Positions 46,919 through 56,122 of a stretch of DNA of 64,000 nt are shown one piece after another. Origin of the DNA: Candidatus Saccharimonadota bacterium (GTDB lineage Bacteria; Patescibacteriota; Saccharimonadia; Saccharimonadales; AWTP1-31); assembly GCA_052034955.1 (NCBI GenBank), contig JBPOHZ010000016.1, forward strand, positions 41,273 to 105,272, given 5' to 3'. A program made the translations under genes and the position numbers. A model generated the notes under the pieces. It worked only from the letters and a program-made list of their open reading frames with translations, made no database searches and was not told where the DNA came from. Within the stretch, counting starts at the first letter, position 1. Each line of letters starts with the position of its first letter.

Positions 46919-48205
46919 TTACTCTTTGTTTTCGTTGTTCTGGTCGTTTTCTCTTGATTGAGAAGCTCTTCTATTTTTTAGGCGCCTTAGGAATGACGGC
47001 TTCTCTAGCTCGTCATGTTCTTGCTCAACAGACTCGGCGCTAGATGACGAGTCGTCTTGTTCGTCATGGTCAATTGACCAGATATTTGGAATAGATGGGT
47101 CGCTATGGAACGAACCTTCGTGTTCATCTTGCTTGTTGAGGTCCATATCCAAATCGTTTACCTGCTCCGCTTCAACTTTTTCATCGTCTATCTTTTCCTC
47201 TTCGATAGCGGCTGAAATGACTGGAGACTGGGAATTTCGTTTTGCAAAGTACGTAGCATCAAAACCAGTAGCTACTACAGTGATAATGATCTCGTCTTCG
47301 AGCTCAGGACTAATTGTTGCTCCGAATATAATGTTGGCATCTGGGTCGGCGGCAGCTGTAATGGTTTCGGCAGCCGTGTTAATTTCGTGCATTGAAATGT
47401 CATTGCCACCAATAACATTAAATAAGACACCTCTTGCTCCATCGATCGATACTTCTAGTAGAGGTGATTCAATCGCCTGTTGGGCAGCCTGAATGGCTCG
47501 GTTTTCACCACTTGCTCTACCAATGCCCATCAAGGCAGATCCGGCATTACTCATAACAGTCTTAACGTCTGCAAAGTCTAAGTTGATCAAACCGTGAACC
47601 GTAATTAAATCTGAGATTCCCTGGACACCCTGTCTTAGTACATCGTCAGCAACTTTAAATGCTTCTAGCAACGGGGTCTGGCGATCGATTGTCTGTAATA
47701 ATCTGTCATTAGGAATAATGATTAACGTATCTACCGCATCACGAAGGCGATCGATGGCAAGATCCGCATTACGTCGACGCTTATCGCCCTCAAAGGCGAA
47801 AGGCTTGGTAGCAAAGCCGACCACTAGTATACCGGCATCGCGTGCCGCCTGGGCTACAACATGACCTGCGCCACTGCCAGTGCCGCCCCCGGCACCAATG
47901 GTTACAAAGACCATGTCAGCACCTTCAATGACCTTCTTAATCTCTTCTATCGATTCTTTTGCAGCACTCTCGCCAACCGAAGGATCCGCACCCGCGCCTA
48001 GACCCCTTGTGGTATCCTTACCGATATGGATCTTTGTCGGTGCCTTAGAATGGTGCAAGGCTTGTGAATCAGTGTTAACTACAATGAATTCAACACCATC
48101 AACTCCGGCTTCAATCATCCTATTGACGGCTGCACCACCGGCACCACCAACGCCTATAACTTTGATCCTAGCGAACGTTTCTATAACTGGTGCGACTTGT
48201 GGCAT
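46919..48205 (-). CDS. ftsZ: Cell division GTPase FtsZ
   Basis: [10 protein letters not shown] tubulin signature. Acidic linker and C-terminal peptide PSFLRRLK. Confidence 0.97.
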   Translation of the reverse strand: MPQVAPVIETFARIKVIGVGGAGGAAVNRMIEAGVDGVEFIVVNTDSQALHHSKAPTKIHIGKDTTRGLGAGADPSVGESAAKESIEEIKKVIEGADMVFVTIGAGGGTGSGAGHVVAQAARDAGILVVGFATKPFAFEGDKRRRNADLAIDRLRDAVDTLIIIPNDRLLQTIDRQTPLLEAFKVADDVLRQGVQGISDLITVHGLINLDFADVKTVMSNAGSALMGIGRASGENRAIQAAQQAIESPLLEVSIDGARGVLFNVIGGNDISMHEINTAAETITAAADPDANIIFGATISPELEDEIIITVVATGFDATYFAKRNSQSPVISAAIEEEKIDDEKVEAEQVNDLDMDLNKQDEHEGSFHSDPSIPNIWSIDHDEQDDSSSSAESVEQEHDELEKPSFLRRLKNRRASQSRENDQNNENKE

Positions 48206-48302
48206 TGGCTATCCCTTGAACTCATTCTTTAATGATTAAAAGTATACTGCATTACTTTATGGGTATCAATCGACAACTCGGTATAACTTATGTGCACAAG
48301 TT

Positions 48303-49535
48303 TTATGATGATTTAAATCTCTGAATAAATCCGTCAATTATGCCTGTCATATTTGTCCGACCTGCCCCCTCTTGAACCTCATTTGCAGGACCTAGTAGCA
48401 TATCTAGAAGCATTAGGCCTACAACACTGGCATAACTTGGGTCTTGAACGGTATCCATCAGTCCTGCTAACGGCTGTAGTTTGCCGACTCGAGCTGCCAG
48501 TTCCAGTTTTTCTTTAGCAAATTCCGCGAGTCCAGGCAAATTGGCCGTACCTCCTACCAGGACGACTCCTCCGGGCAGTTTTCTAGACTTCTGAATCTTT
48601 TTAAGTTCTTTATCGACATATTCCAGCAGCTCTTCTACCCGAGCTTCGATGATCATGTGTATATCTTCTGCATCAAATTCATGACGAGTTTTATTAATAA
48701 CAATCGATAAAGGGCCAGTCTTTGAATGCTTGCCCAAACCACCATGCTGAAGTTTTACGGCTTCGGCAATGTCTAAGTCAGTCTTAAGACCAATAGCCAG
48801 ATCATTGGTGATGTTTATTCCGCCGATAGGCAGGATAGCAACATGCTGGACCTCCCCTTCTTCCAAAACAACGAGATTGGTGGTGCCTGCACCTATATCT
48901 AATAAAACTGTGCCGGATTCTTTTTGCTGACCAGTTAAAACGGCTTCGGCGGCAGCTAAGCTGGCAACTGTATGATGATTAGCGACTAGGCTTGACTTTT
49001 CTAATGCTAAATCGAGATTTCTTAATGTTGGTGTCGATGCCGTCACTATATGTGTATCAACCTCGAGTCTTACGCCTTGCATGCCAACTGGATCCTTGAT
49101 GCTTCCCTGCCCATCCAACCGGTAATTCTTAGCGAAGACTTGGATAATCTCCCGATTTGGTGGTAGCTTTACTATCGTTGCCGCCTCTTCTACTCGCAGG
49201 CGATCTTCATCGGTTATCTCTTTATTACCAGTACTTATGGCTATGACACCCCTGGAATCCATACCGATTACCTGAGGACCATTAACATTCACGGTAGCAG
49301 AATTAATGTTTACCCCTGAAACTCGTTCGGCTTCGCCAACTGCATTAGTAATGGCCTCTACGACGTCATCGACTCTAACGACAACGCCTTTTCGCATCCC
49401 TTTGTTGGGCGAGCTTCCATGGCCTATTACAGAGACGATGTTTGAATCTTCGGAATCCATGACACCCACAACGCATCTTACGGTGTTAGTGCCTATATCA
49501 AGCCCGAAGTAATGTTGGGTGGCTTGTTCACGCAT
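48303..49535 (-). CDS. ftsA: Cell division protein FtsA (actin-like ATPase)
   Basis: GLDIGTNTV phosphate-1 motif; 410 aa; directly upstream of ftsZ. Confidence 0.93.
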   Translation of the reverse strand: MREQATQHYFGLDIGTNTVRCVVGVMDSEDSNIVSVIGHGSSPNKGMRKGVVVRVDDVVEAITNAVGEAERVSGVNINSATVNVNGPQVIGMDSRGVIAISTGNKEITDEDRLRVEEAATIVKLPPNREIIQVFAKNYRLDGQGSIKDPVGMQGVRLEVDTHIVTASTPTLRNLDLALEKSSLVANHHTVASLAAAEAVLTGQQKESGTVLLDIGAGTTNLVVLEEGEVQHVAILPIGGINITNDLAIGLKTDLDIAEAVKLQHGGLGKHSKTGPLSIVINKTRHEFDAEDIHMIIEARVEELLEYVDKELKKIQKSRKLPGGVVLVGGTANLPGLAEFAKEKLELAARVGKLQPLAGLMDTVQDPSYASVVGLMLLDMLLGPANEVQEGAGRTNMTGIIDGFIQRFKSS

Positions 49536-49541
49536 GCATGC

Positions 49542-49570
49542 AGTATAACGCTTGTCCTTTATGCTAACAA
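49542..49570 (-). promoter_or_regulatory. Promoter TTGTTA-17-TATACT, 6 nt upstream of the ftsA ATG (leaderless candidate)
   Basis: Minus strand reads TTGTTA-gcataaaggacaagcgt-TATACT-gcatgc-ATG. Confidence 0.5.
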
Positions 49571-49574
49571 GGCT

Positions 49575-50324
49575 CTACAGCTGAGTAAGGATCTCATATC
49601 CTTGTTCAGTAACTAAAATTGTGTGTTCAAAGTGTGCAGCTAACGATCCATCTTCTGTTTTTACCGTCCATCCATCATCGTCAATATAAACATCGTCCGT
49701 CCCGAGCGTAGCCATTGGCTCTATCGCGATTGTCATACCAGGTTTTAATAATGGCCCACTTCCCTTCATCCCATAGTTCGGAATATTAGGCTCCTCGTGC
49801 ATTTCATGGCCTACACCATGGCCCACTAAATCCCTGACAATACCGTAACCACCTTTATTTAATGTTTTTTCAACAGCATTTGCGATGTCACCAACTCTGG
49901 TTTCACCCTTGATTGACTCGATGCCAGCATATAACGCCGCCTCTGTTGTGTTAATGAGTCGTTGTATTTTTCGCTCCACTTTTCCAGCAACTGTAGTGAT
50001 GGCGGCATCCGTGACCATGCCTTTATATCGGACTACAAGATCAAGACTAACGATGTCGCCGTCGACCAGCACATAGTCATTAGGTATTCCGTGAACCACT
50101 TCATCATTAACCGAAATACAAATCACATCAGGATATCCCTGATACCCAAGAGTCACTGGATGTGCATCGTGCTTATTTAGAAGCTCAGCTGCCATATCCG
50201 CCAGTTGCTTGGTAGAGATTCCTGGCTTAACCTCTGATTTAAGGTGAGCTAATATCGTGGCCAGGATCTTGCCTCCTGCTCGCATGGCATCAATCTCTTC
50301 CGAAGTCTTTATTTGGTTATACAT
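49575..50324 (-). CDS. map: Methionine aminopeptidase, type I
   Basis: VHGIPNDYVL and DLVGHGVGHEMHEEPNIPNY metal-ligand motifs. Confidence 0.95.
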   Translation of the reverse strand: MYNQIKTSEEIDAMRAGGKILATILAHLKSEVKPGISTKQLADMAAELLNKHDAHPVTLGYQGYPDVICISVNDEVVHGIPNDYVLVDGDIVSLDLVVRYKGMVTDAAITTVAGKVERKIQRLINTTEAALYAGIESIKGETRVGDIANAVEKTLNKGGYGIVRDLVGHGVGHEMHEEPNIPNYGMKGSGPLLKPGMTIAIEPMATLGTDDVYIDDDGWTVKTEDGSLAAHFEHTILVTEQGYEILTQL

Positions 50325-50851
50325 TATGCTAGCTGGGAGATTATGTTATGAACTTGATCTGGTGGCTGCGAGCCATCAACATCATGAACAGTTATTCCAC
50401 GTTTCCTAAAGTCATCCAAAATTGGCATTGTAACGGCTCGATATTCTTGGAATCGCTGATGTATGGCTTCTTCGGTGTCGTCCTGCCTACCCCTGGCCAT
50501 TAGTCGTTCCTTGACCACTTCTTCGTTAGCAGTTAAATGGATGACGGCTGATATGTTAAATCGCTCCATCTGAACCTGATCTATTAGCCAATCAGCCTGT
50601 TTTAGGGTCCGCGGGAAGCCATCTAGAATAAATTCGTCACTAAGGTTGATAAGATCCAGTACTTTATCCATCATCCGGATCATCTCTGCGTCACTCAATA
50701 GCTTACCTTCTAGCATCTCTTTACGTCGCTGCCCGGTAACTAGTACTCGAAGTATTTCTCCGGTCGATATCCAAGCATAACCCTTGTGGTCAGCAAGCAA
50801 ACGCCCCTGCATACTCTTTCCGGAACCGGCAACCCCCATTAAAAGAATCAT
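50324..50851 (-). CDS. adk: Adenylate kinase, short (lid-less) form
   Basis: P-loop GVAGSGKS, ILDGFPRT and RGRQDD. Sits in the adk-map position. Confidence 0.78.
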   Translation of the reverse strand: MILLMGVAGSGKSMQGRLLADHKGYAWISTGEILRVLVTGQRRKEMLEGKLLSDAEMIRMMDKVLDLINLSDEFILDGFPRTLKQADWLIDQVQMERFNISAVIHLTANEEVVKERLMARGRQDDTEEAIHQRFQEYRAVTMPILDDFRKRGITVHDVDGSQPPDQVHNIISQLA

Positions 50852-51315
50852 TTGTTTAGGTACTCCCGAACTAATTTTGCAATTAAAGCACCGTCAGCAG
50901 AACCCTTAGATGCCTGTTTTACAGCCCCTATTAGTTGGCCCATCTGTTGCATTGACGGATTATCCATTTTGCCAGCTTCGGCTTCTACTAGCTGACTTAT
51001 TTCGGATTCCGACAATTGCTGCGGCAAGTAAGCGTCAATCACTAACTTCTCGGCAGCTTCGGCATCAGCTTTTTCTAGATTTCCACCCTGTTTATATAGG
51101 TCTGCGCTCTCTTGTCTTTTTTTGGCTTCTTTCTGAAGAAGACTAATTACTTCCTCTTCAGGTAATCCTGTGTCTCGGCTATTACCAGCTACTTCGGCGT
51201 AAAGAATAGAGCTCTTCAGCCCCCTAAGAGTAGTGACCAGCTCCTTCTTCCCGGCCAGCATGGCTTTCTTGATGTCTTGGTCGATTTGATCTTTGATTGT
51301 AATTGTATTTGCCAT
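50848..51315 (-). CDS. GatB/YqeY domain protein
   Basis: IKDQIDQDIKKAMLAGKKELVTTLRGLKSSILYAEV. Downstream of rpsU, as in Bacillus. Confidence 0.85.
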   Translation of the reverse strand: MANTITIKDQIDQDIKKAMLAGKKELVTTLRGLKSSILYAEVAGNSRDTGLPEEEVISLLQKEAKKRQESADLYKQGGNLEKADAEAAEKLVIDAYLPQQLSESEISQLVEAEAGKMDNPSMQQMGQLIGAVKQASKGSADGALIAKLVREYLNK

Positions 51316-51330
51316 CTGTAATTAGTTTAA

Positions 51331-51364
51331 CAAAAGCAAAGACCCCTGACTAGCAGAGGTCTTT
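51331..51364 (-). terminator. Hairpin plus U-run between rpsU and yqeY (terminator/attenuator)
   Basis: Minus strand reads AAAGACC...GGTCTTT followed by GCTTTTG. Confidence 0.5.
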
Positions 51365-51381
51365 AACGGTATGCTTGGTAT

Positions 51382-51597
51382 TTAACGAATACCAAGCTTA
51401 AGCTTCTTGACCTTGATAGCTTTACGCTCTCTTCGGACAATTGCTTTAAGGCGTCGATCTCGTTTACTCATTGGCTTTTCGAAGTACTGAGCCTGCTTAG
51501 CAATAGCTAATGCACCAGACTGTTGTACTTTTCGATTAAAGCGACGTAGTAAGTTCTCGAACGACTCTTTTGCGTCTTTGCGGGTTACTTGAATCAT
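51382..51597 (-). CDS. rpsU: 30S ribosomal protein S21
   Basis: MIQVTRKDAKESFENLLRRFNRKVQQSG... Confidence 0.92.
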   Translation of the reverse strand: MIQVTRKDAKESFENLLRRFNRKVQQSGALAIAKQAQYFEKPMSKRDRRLKAIVRRERKAIKVKKLKLGIR

Positions 51598-51605
51598 AGG
51601 TATAA

Positions 51606-51634
51606 ATTATAAGCTAACAGAGAGGATTTAGCAA
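51606..51634 (-). promoter_or_regulatory. Promoter TTGCTA-17-TATAAT, 8 nt upstream of the rpsU ATG (leaderless candidate)
   Basis: Read directly on the minus strand. Confidence 0.55.
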
Positions 51635-51652
51635 CCCTAAGATATATGGATA

Positions 51653-51964
51653 TTAAGCGTTAGAAGCTGGATTAGATTTCTTCTGATTAAGTCGCTGAGA
51701 TTTTAGTACTATGCTCTGCAGCTCTTTAAAGATAGCGAAGTGCTTATTTGTATGATAAATCTTGGTATTACCCTGTTTCTCAGAGATAAGGAAACCAATT
51801 TTTTCAAGACGCTTTAATTCCCTTTGGATATTACCAGCATCTTCTTTGATGAGTTTAGCCAATCCACGAACATGCGTCTTAAAATCGGGGTACTTGGCGT
51901 ACACCACAATAATTTTTCTCCGAACCCTGGAAGTAATAAATACGTCTAACATAAGCCTCTTCAT
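51653..51964 (-). CDS. Winged-helix (ArsR/PadR-like) transcriptional regulator
   Basis: HVRGLAKLIKEDAGNIQRELKRLEKIGFLISEKQGNTKIY shows an HTH plus wing pattern. Confidence 0.65.
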   Translation of the reverse strand: MKRLMLDVFITSRVRRKIIVVYAKYPDFKTHVRGLAKLIKEDAGNIQRELKRLEKIGFLISEKQGNTKIYHTNKHFAIFKELQSIVLKSQRLNQKKSNPASNA

Positions 51965-52063
51965 TGTTATTCAAACAACGTGTACCTAAAAGTATAGCCA
52001 TTATGAGATCATAATTCAACCCTGTTTGCTTAGAGTAATTCTGCTAGTAGCACGGGTTACCGA

Positions 52064-52069
52064 TATACT
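52064..52069 (+). promoter_or_regulatory. -10 box TATACT, 7 nt upstream of the priA ATG (leaderless candidate)
   Basis: TATACT-gtctgat-ATG. Confidence 0.4.
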
Positions 52070-52076
52070 GTCTGAT

Positions 52077-54014
52077 ATGTACTATTATAAAGTCTTAATT
52101 GGGAGCAGCAACTACCACGGGTCGGAAGCCCTAACTTACTGTAACGAAACAGAGATAAAAACTGGAACTATAGTTCAAGTACAGATGAGGAATGCTAAGG
52201 TCTCTGGTATCATTGTCAGTTCTACCGATAAACCAAAATTTAAAGTAAGGCCAATCCTAGGTATTCAGATCAGTAAATCTCTCCCCGAGGAGACGTTTCA
52301 ATTACTAGAATGGCTAGGAGAGTACTACCCGGCTCCAGGCGGGACACTGGTTACCCAGTTCGTCCCAAGTAGCCTCCCGATAAAAACCCTGGCAACTCCC
52401 AAGACGCTAATCCAGACAGAGCCCACAGATCTGTTACCGGAACTGAATAAGAGCCAGAAAGCGGCCGTAGAAGTAATAAATAAGAACAGCGGCAGCTGTC
52501 TGCTTCATGGGGATACTGGTACCGGAAAAACCAGAGTCTACCTAGAGATGGCCAGGAACAGCCTAGAAAAAAATGAGAATGTAGTCATTCTTACACCGGA
52601 AATAGGCCTTACCTCACAGCTCGCCGATACCGTTAGGAAATTCATTCAAGCACCGGTAGTAGTTTTTCATTCGAATCTGACCATCCAACAGCGACGCACT
52701 TTATGGCTTCAGATTCTGTATGCCACCGAGCCGCTAGTAGTTATCGGCCCTAGATCAGCATTATTCGTACCTATAAGCAATATAGGTTTAATAGTCGTAG
52801 ATGAAGCGCATGACAACGCCTACAAGCAGGATCAGGCTCCACGCTATCATGCCCTCCGCGTAGCCTCTAAGTTGGCACAAATACACAAGTGCCGCCTTAT
52901 ATTTGGGACGGCAACCCCACTAGTTAACGAATACTTCATAGCCGAGACAAAGAAACTTCCAATCATAAGGATGACCGAGCTGGCCGCTGGCCCATCTGAA
53001 CCCATAAACATACAGGTGATCAATGCTCGCGACCGATCACTATATAGCAAGAATCCCTATCTATCCGACGCCCTGCTAACCTCGGTGAATAATGCTCTGG
53101 AGAATGGTCAACAATCTCTGGTTTTCTTAAATCGCAGAGGAACTGCCAGATTGGTTATTTGTCAGAATTGTGACTGGCATTCGCTGTGTCCTAATTGTAA
53201 TATCCCCCTTACTTATCATGGCGATAGTCACCTTATGCGTTGCCACACCTGTGGTCACAAAAGCACTGCGGTCACTAGCTGTCCGGTCTGTTCTAGTCCC
53301 GACGTTGTATTTAAAAGCATAGGGACTAAAGCAATTACTGCCTCTCTCGAATCCATGTTCCCGGGCAAGGTTATAAAACGATTCGACACCGACAATCTAC
53401 GAGATGAGAAATTCGAGATACAGTACCAAGAAGTTAAATCCGGTAAGGTAGATATTCTTGTTGGAACACAGATGTTAGTTAAGGGTCTAGATCTTCCAAG
53501 ATTAGGTATGGTTGGGGTGGTCGCGGCCGATTCAAGCCTATACTTTCCTGATTACACCGCCGAGGAACAGACTTTCCAACTATTAACTCAGGTAATAGGT
53601 CGGGTCGGTAGGGGCCACAATAAAGATTCTTCGGTGGTCATACAGACTTATGATCCAAGTGGCCGGGCGCTCAATGCAGCAGTCAGTAAAGATTGGGATA
53701 AATTCTATAGATCACAGCTAGAAGAACGAAAGAAGCATCATTTTCCTCCGTACTTCGTAACCGTAAAGCTTCACTGCAGCAGAAAGACTCAACAAAGTGC
53801 CATTAAATCGGCTGGCGATCTAAGAAATAAGCTACTAGCTTTGAATATGCCAATTGAAATTGTTGGCCCGACACCCAGGTTTCAGGAGCTTGTTGGCGGC
53901 TTATTCAACTGGCAACTTATCGTCAGGGCAAAGAATAGAAATGCCCTGCTTGAAGTAGTTCGTCAGTTACCTAGCAACTGGAGTTACGACCTCGACCCCT
54001 TGAATCTCCTGTGA
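52077..54014 (+). CDS. priA: Primosomal protein N' (PriA helicase)
   Basis: Trimmed from a TTG start to ATG (MYYYKVLIG). Walker A GDTGTGKT, VVDEAHD, and Cys-rich zinc insertion CQNCDW..CPNC..CHTCGH..CPVC. Confidence 0.9.
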   Translation: MYYYKVLIGSSNYHGSEALTYCNETEIKTGTIVQVQMRNAKVSGIIVSSTDKPKFKVRPILGIQISKSLPEETFQLLEWLGEYYPAPGGTLVTQFVPSSLPIKTLATPKTLIQTEPTDLLPELNKSQKAAVEVINKNSGSCLLHGDTGTGKTRVYLEMARNSLEKNENVVILTPEIGLTSQLADTVRKFIQAPVVVFHSNLTIQQRRTLWLQILYATEPLVVIGPRSALFVPISNIGLIVVDEAHDNAYKQDQAPRYHALRVASKLAQIHKCRLIFGTATPLVNEYFIAETKKLPIIRMTELAAGPSEPINIQVINARDRSLYSKNPYLSDALLTSVNNALENGQQSLVFLNRRGTARLVICQNCDWHSLCPNCNIPLTYHGDSHLMRCHTCGHKSTAVTSCPVCSSPDVVFKSIGTKAITASLESMFPGKVIKRFDTDNLRDEKFEIQYQEVKSGKVDILVGTQMLVKGLDLPRLGMVGVVAADSSLYFPDYTAEEQTFQLLTQVIGRVGRGHNKDSSVVIQTYDPSGRALNAAVSKDWDKFYRSQLEERKKHHFPPYFVTVKLHCSRKTQQSAIKSAGDLRNKLLALNMPIEIVGPTPRFQELVGGLFNWQLIVRAKNRNALLEVVRQLPSNWSYDLDPLNLL

Positions 54015-54029
54015 TATCTGTTACTGCTT

Positions 54030-54038
54030 TGCTATAAT
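54030..54038 (+). promoter_or_regulatory. Extended -10 (TGCTATAAT), 8 nt upstream of the def ATG (leaderless candidate)
   Basis: TGC-TATAAT-ggcatcca-ATG. Confidence 0.45.
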
Positions 54039-54046
54039 GGCATCCA

Positions 54047-54634
54047 ATGTCTGCTACAAAAGATTCAATAATCACTCTACCCCACCCCGACCTTCGTAAA
54101 CGGTCTAAAAAAGTTGGCATAATTACCCAAGAAATTAAAGATTTAGTAGATAATATGGAGTCTGCTGTTTTTGATTGGGATAATAGCCGTGATCATGAAG
54201 TAACCGTGGCGCTTGCTGCTGTCCAGATTGATGAGCTTTATCGAGTAGTCATAGTAAGAGAAGATTTCGACCACAAATCCGAGGCAATATACACCGCCTT
54301 AATAAATCCTGAAATCGTTAAATATGAAGGTGACATTAAATATGATTATGAAGGCTGCCTAAGTATTAAATCTGTATATGGCTATGTGCCTCGTCACGAT
54401 AAAGTCAGAGTCAAAGCACAGAGTATCGATGGTAAACCAATTCGTTTTTCGGCCAGTGGCTTTCTGGCCCGAGTGCTGCAGCACGAGGTAGATCACACCA
54501 ATGGTAAGCTATTTGTTGACCACATCAAAGATGATACTGAAGCATTCTATATCCTTACCGAGAACGGTAAGTTGGAGCCCCTAGACTACGATAAAGATAT
54601 TAAAAATAGCAAGATACTATGGCAACAGACGTAG
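54047..54634 (+). CDS. def: Peptide deformylase
   Basis: ALAAVQI, EGCLS and HEVDH motifs. Confidence 0.93.
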   Translation: MSATKDSIITLPHPDLRKRSKKVGIITQEIKDLVDNMESAVFDWDNSRDHEVTVALAAVQIDELYRVVIVREDFDHKSEAIYTALINPEIVKYEGDIKYDYEGCLSIKSVYGYVPRHDKVRVKAQSIDGKPIRFSASGFLARVLQHEVDHTNGKLFVDHIKDDTEAFYILTENGKLEPLDYDKDIKNSKILWQQT

Positions 54635-55533
54635 CCCCAGTAGTATTTTTTGGCACCGGTCCAGTGGCGGCTAAAAGTTTAGAATTATTGGCTAAGAATT
54701 TTGCAATTGAAGCTGTTATTACCAAGCCAAAGCCAGCACATCATAGAGGAAATACTCCCGTGCTAGAGCTTTCTGAAAAACTAGATATTAAGGTATTAAC
54801 TGCCAATAATAAAGGTGAGCTCGATGATTTATTTGCTACCAGCCCTGTCAAAAGTGAACTAGCTGTTCTGATCGATTTTGGAATTATTGTTTCCCAAAAT
54901 GTAATTGATTACTTCCCTCTAGGAATAATCAACAGCCACTTCTCTGTTTTGCCAGATCTAAGAGGGGCAGATCCACTAACTTTTGCCATACTTTCTGGTC
55001 AAGAACAAACAGGCGTAAGCTTAATGAAACTCGTAGAAGCTATGGACGAGGGTCCCCTTATTGGATATGGGGAGTTTAAATTGACAAAAGATATAACCAC
55101 TCCAGAACTAACAGATGAACTCATACTTCTTAGCGATGCGCTGCTCCAACATGATCTACCAAGAGTTTTCGACGGCAGTGCCGGCCAGGGTGCACCACAG
55201 AGTATCACCGGTCGAAAAGTTAGCTACTCTAGACGACTGACCAAACAAGATGGGATTATCGATTGGGCAAAGCCAGCTAATATTATCGAAAGAGAGATTC
55301 GCGCCTATTCTGGCTGGCCAGGTAGCCGGACTACACTTGCTAAAAAAGAAGTGACCGTTTTGAAAGCTCATGTCGAACCCGGTACAGGAGATATCGGCAA
55401 AGTAGTATTCACCAAAGATAGCTTGTACGTACAAACAGGCGAGGATCGATTATTCATAGAGTCCCTCAAGCCTGCAGGTAAGCCAACCATGGACATTTCC
55501 GCCTTCCTGGCTGGTAATAGCAAGAACCTGTAG
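54619..55533 (+). CDS. fmt: Methionyl-tRNA formyltransferase
   Basis: HFSVLPDLRGADP motif. Overlaps the def end. Confidence 0.93.
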   Translation: MATDVAPVVFFGTGPVAAKSLELLAKNFAIEAVITKPKPAHHRGNTPVLELSEKLDIKVLTANNKGELDDLFATSPVKSELAVLIDFGIIVSQNVIDYFPLGIINSHFSVLPDLRGADPLTFAILSGQEQTGVSLMKLVEAMDEGPLIGYGEFKLTKDITTPELTDELILLSDALLQHDLPRVFDGSAGQGAPQSITGRKVSYSRRLTKQDGIIDWAKPANIIEREIRAYSGWPGSRTTLAKKEVTVLKAHVEPGTGDIGKVVFTKDSLYVQTGEDRLFIESLKPAGKPTMDISAFLAGNSKNL

Positions 55534-55539
55534 TAATTC

Positions 55540-56088
55540 CTATTGAACTGGTGGGTATTGCGGGGGTGTTGGATTTTGAGGATAAGCTGGTGGTTGCTGT
55601 TGAGGCATGGGCTGAGGTTGCATTGGCTGCTGAACGGGTTGCTGTGGATACTGTTGAGGCATAGGCATGGGCTGAGGTTGCATTGGCTGTGCTGGCATGG
55701 CTTGAGGCGCTGGTGGTTGCTGCATGGGGCCAAATGCAGGTTGAGGAGCGGGTTGTATAGGAGCCATTTGAGCTGACTGCTGACTTGCTGCCAAGATCTG
55801 AGGTGAAGCTGCTTTAATTTCTGCTTTTAATGCCTCTAGCTCTTCTGCTACAACTTGTTTGTAATTAGGAAAATTTGTCTCTAACCACTTTAATGCACCG
55901 GCTTCATCGTTCCTGTCTATGAATGCCTCAAACTCGTCTAGCTGTTGATTGGTCATTCTTTGCGCAAGCTTCATACCTACTCTCATTTCTAGAGTTTCGT
56001 AGATATGATTAAGCATCCGGTTCTTTTCCTGAGCCGGTAACGCGCCGAGTCCTAGTTCTATCAGTAAGTTGTCGTCTAACTTAAACAT
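55540..56088 (-). CDS. Hypothetical protein with helical N-terminal domain and Pro/Gln/Met-rich repetitive C-terminus
   Basis: MFKLDDNLLIELGLGALPAQEKNRMLNHIYETLEMRVG..., then about 80 aa of QPMQPQPMP-type low complexity. Confidence 0.6.
   Translation of the reverse strand: MFKLDDNLLIELGLGALPAQEKNRMLNHIYETLEMRVGMKLAQRMTNQQLDEFEAFIDRNDEAGALKWLETNFPNYKQVVAEELEALKAEIKAASPQILAASQQSAQMAPIQPAPQPAFGPMQQPPAPQAMPAQPMQPQPMPMPQQYPQQPVQQPMQPQPMPQQQPPAYPQNPTPPQYPPVQ
55596..55689. repeat. Imperfect direct DNA repeat (about 33 bp, two copies about 55 bp apart) inside the P/Q-rich coding region
   Basis: CTGTTGAGGCAT-GGGCTGAGGTTGCATTGGCTG occurs at 55597-55629 and again at 55651-55689. The second copy carries a 6-bp AGGCAT insertion. 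Confidence 0.8.
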
Positions 56089-56122
56089 GTTTGTCCTTTA
56101 CGTTTGCTTATATTCTATCAGA

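Noticed and set aside
55540-55800. The repetitive DNA in the P/Q-rich gene as a possible CRISPR array or minisatellite.
   Set aside because: There are only two imperfect copies, with no unique spacers of regular size. The region is in frame within a coding sequence, so it is a coding low-complexity repeat.
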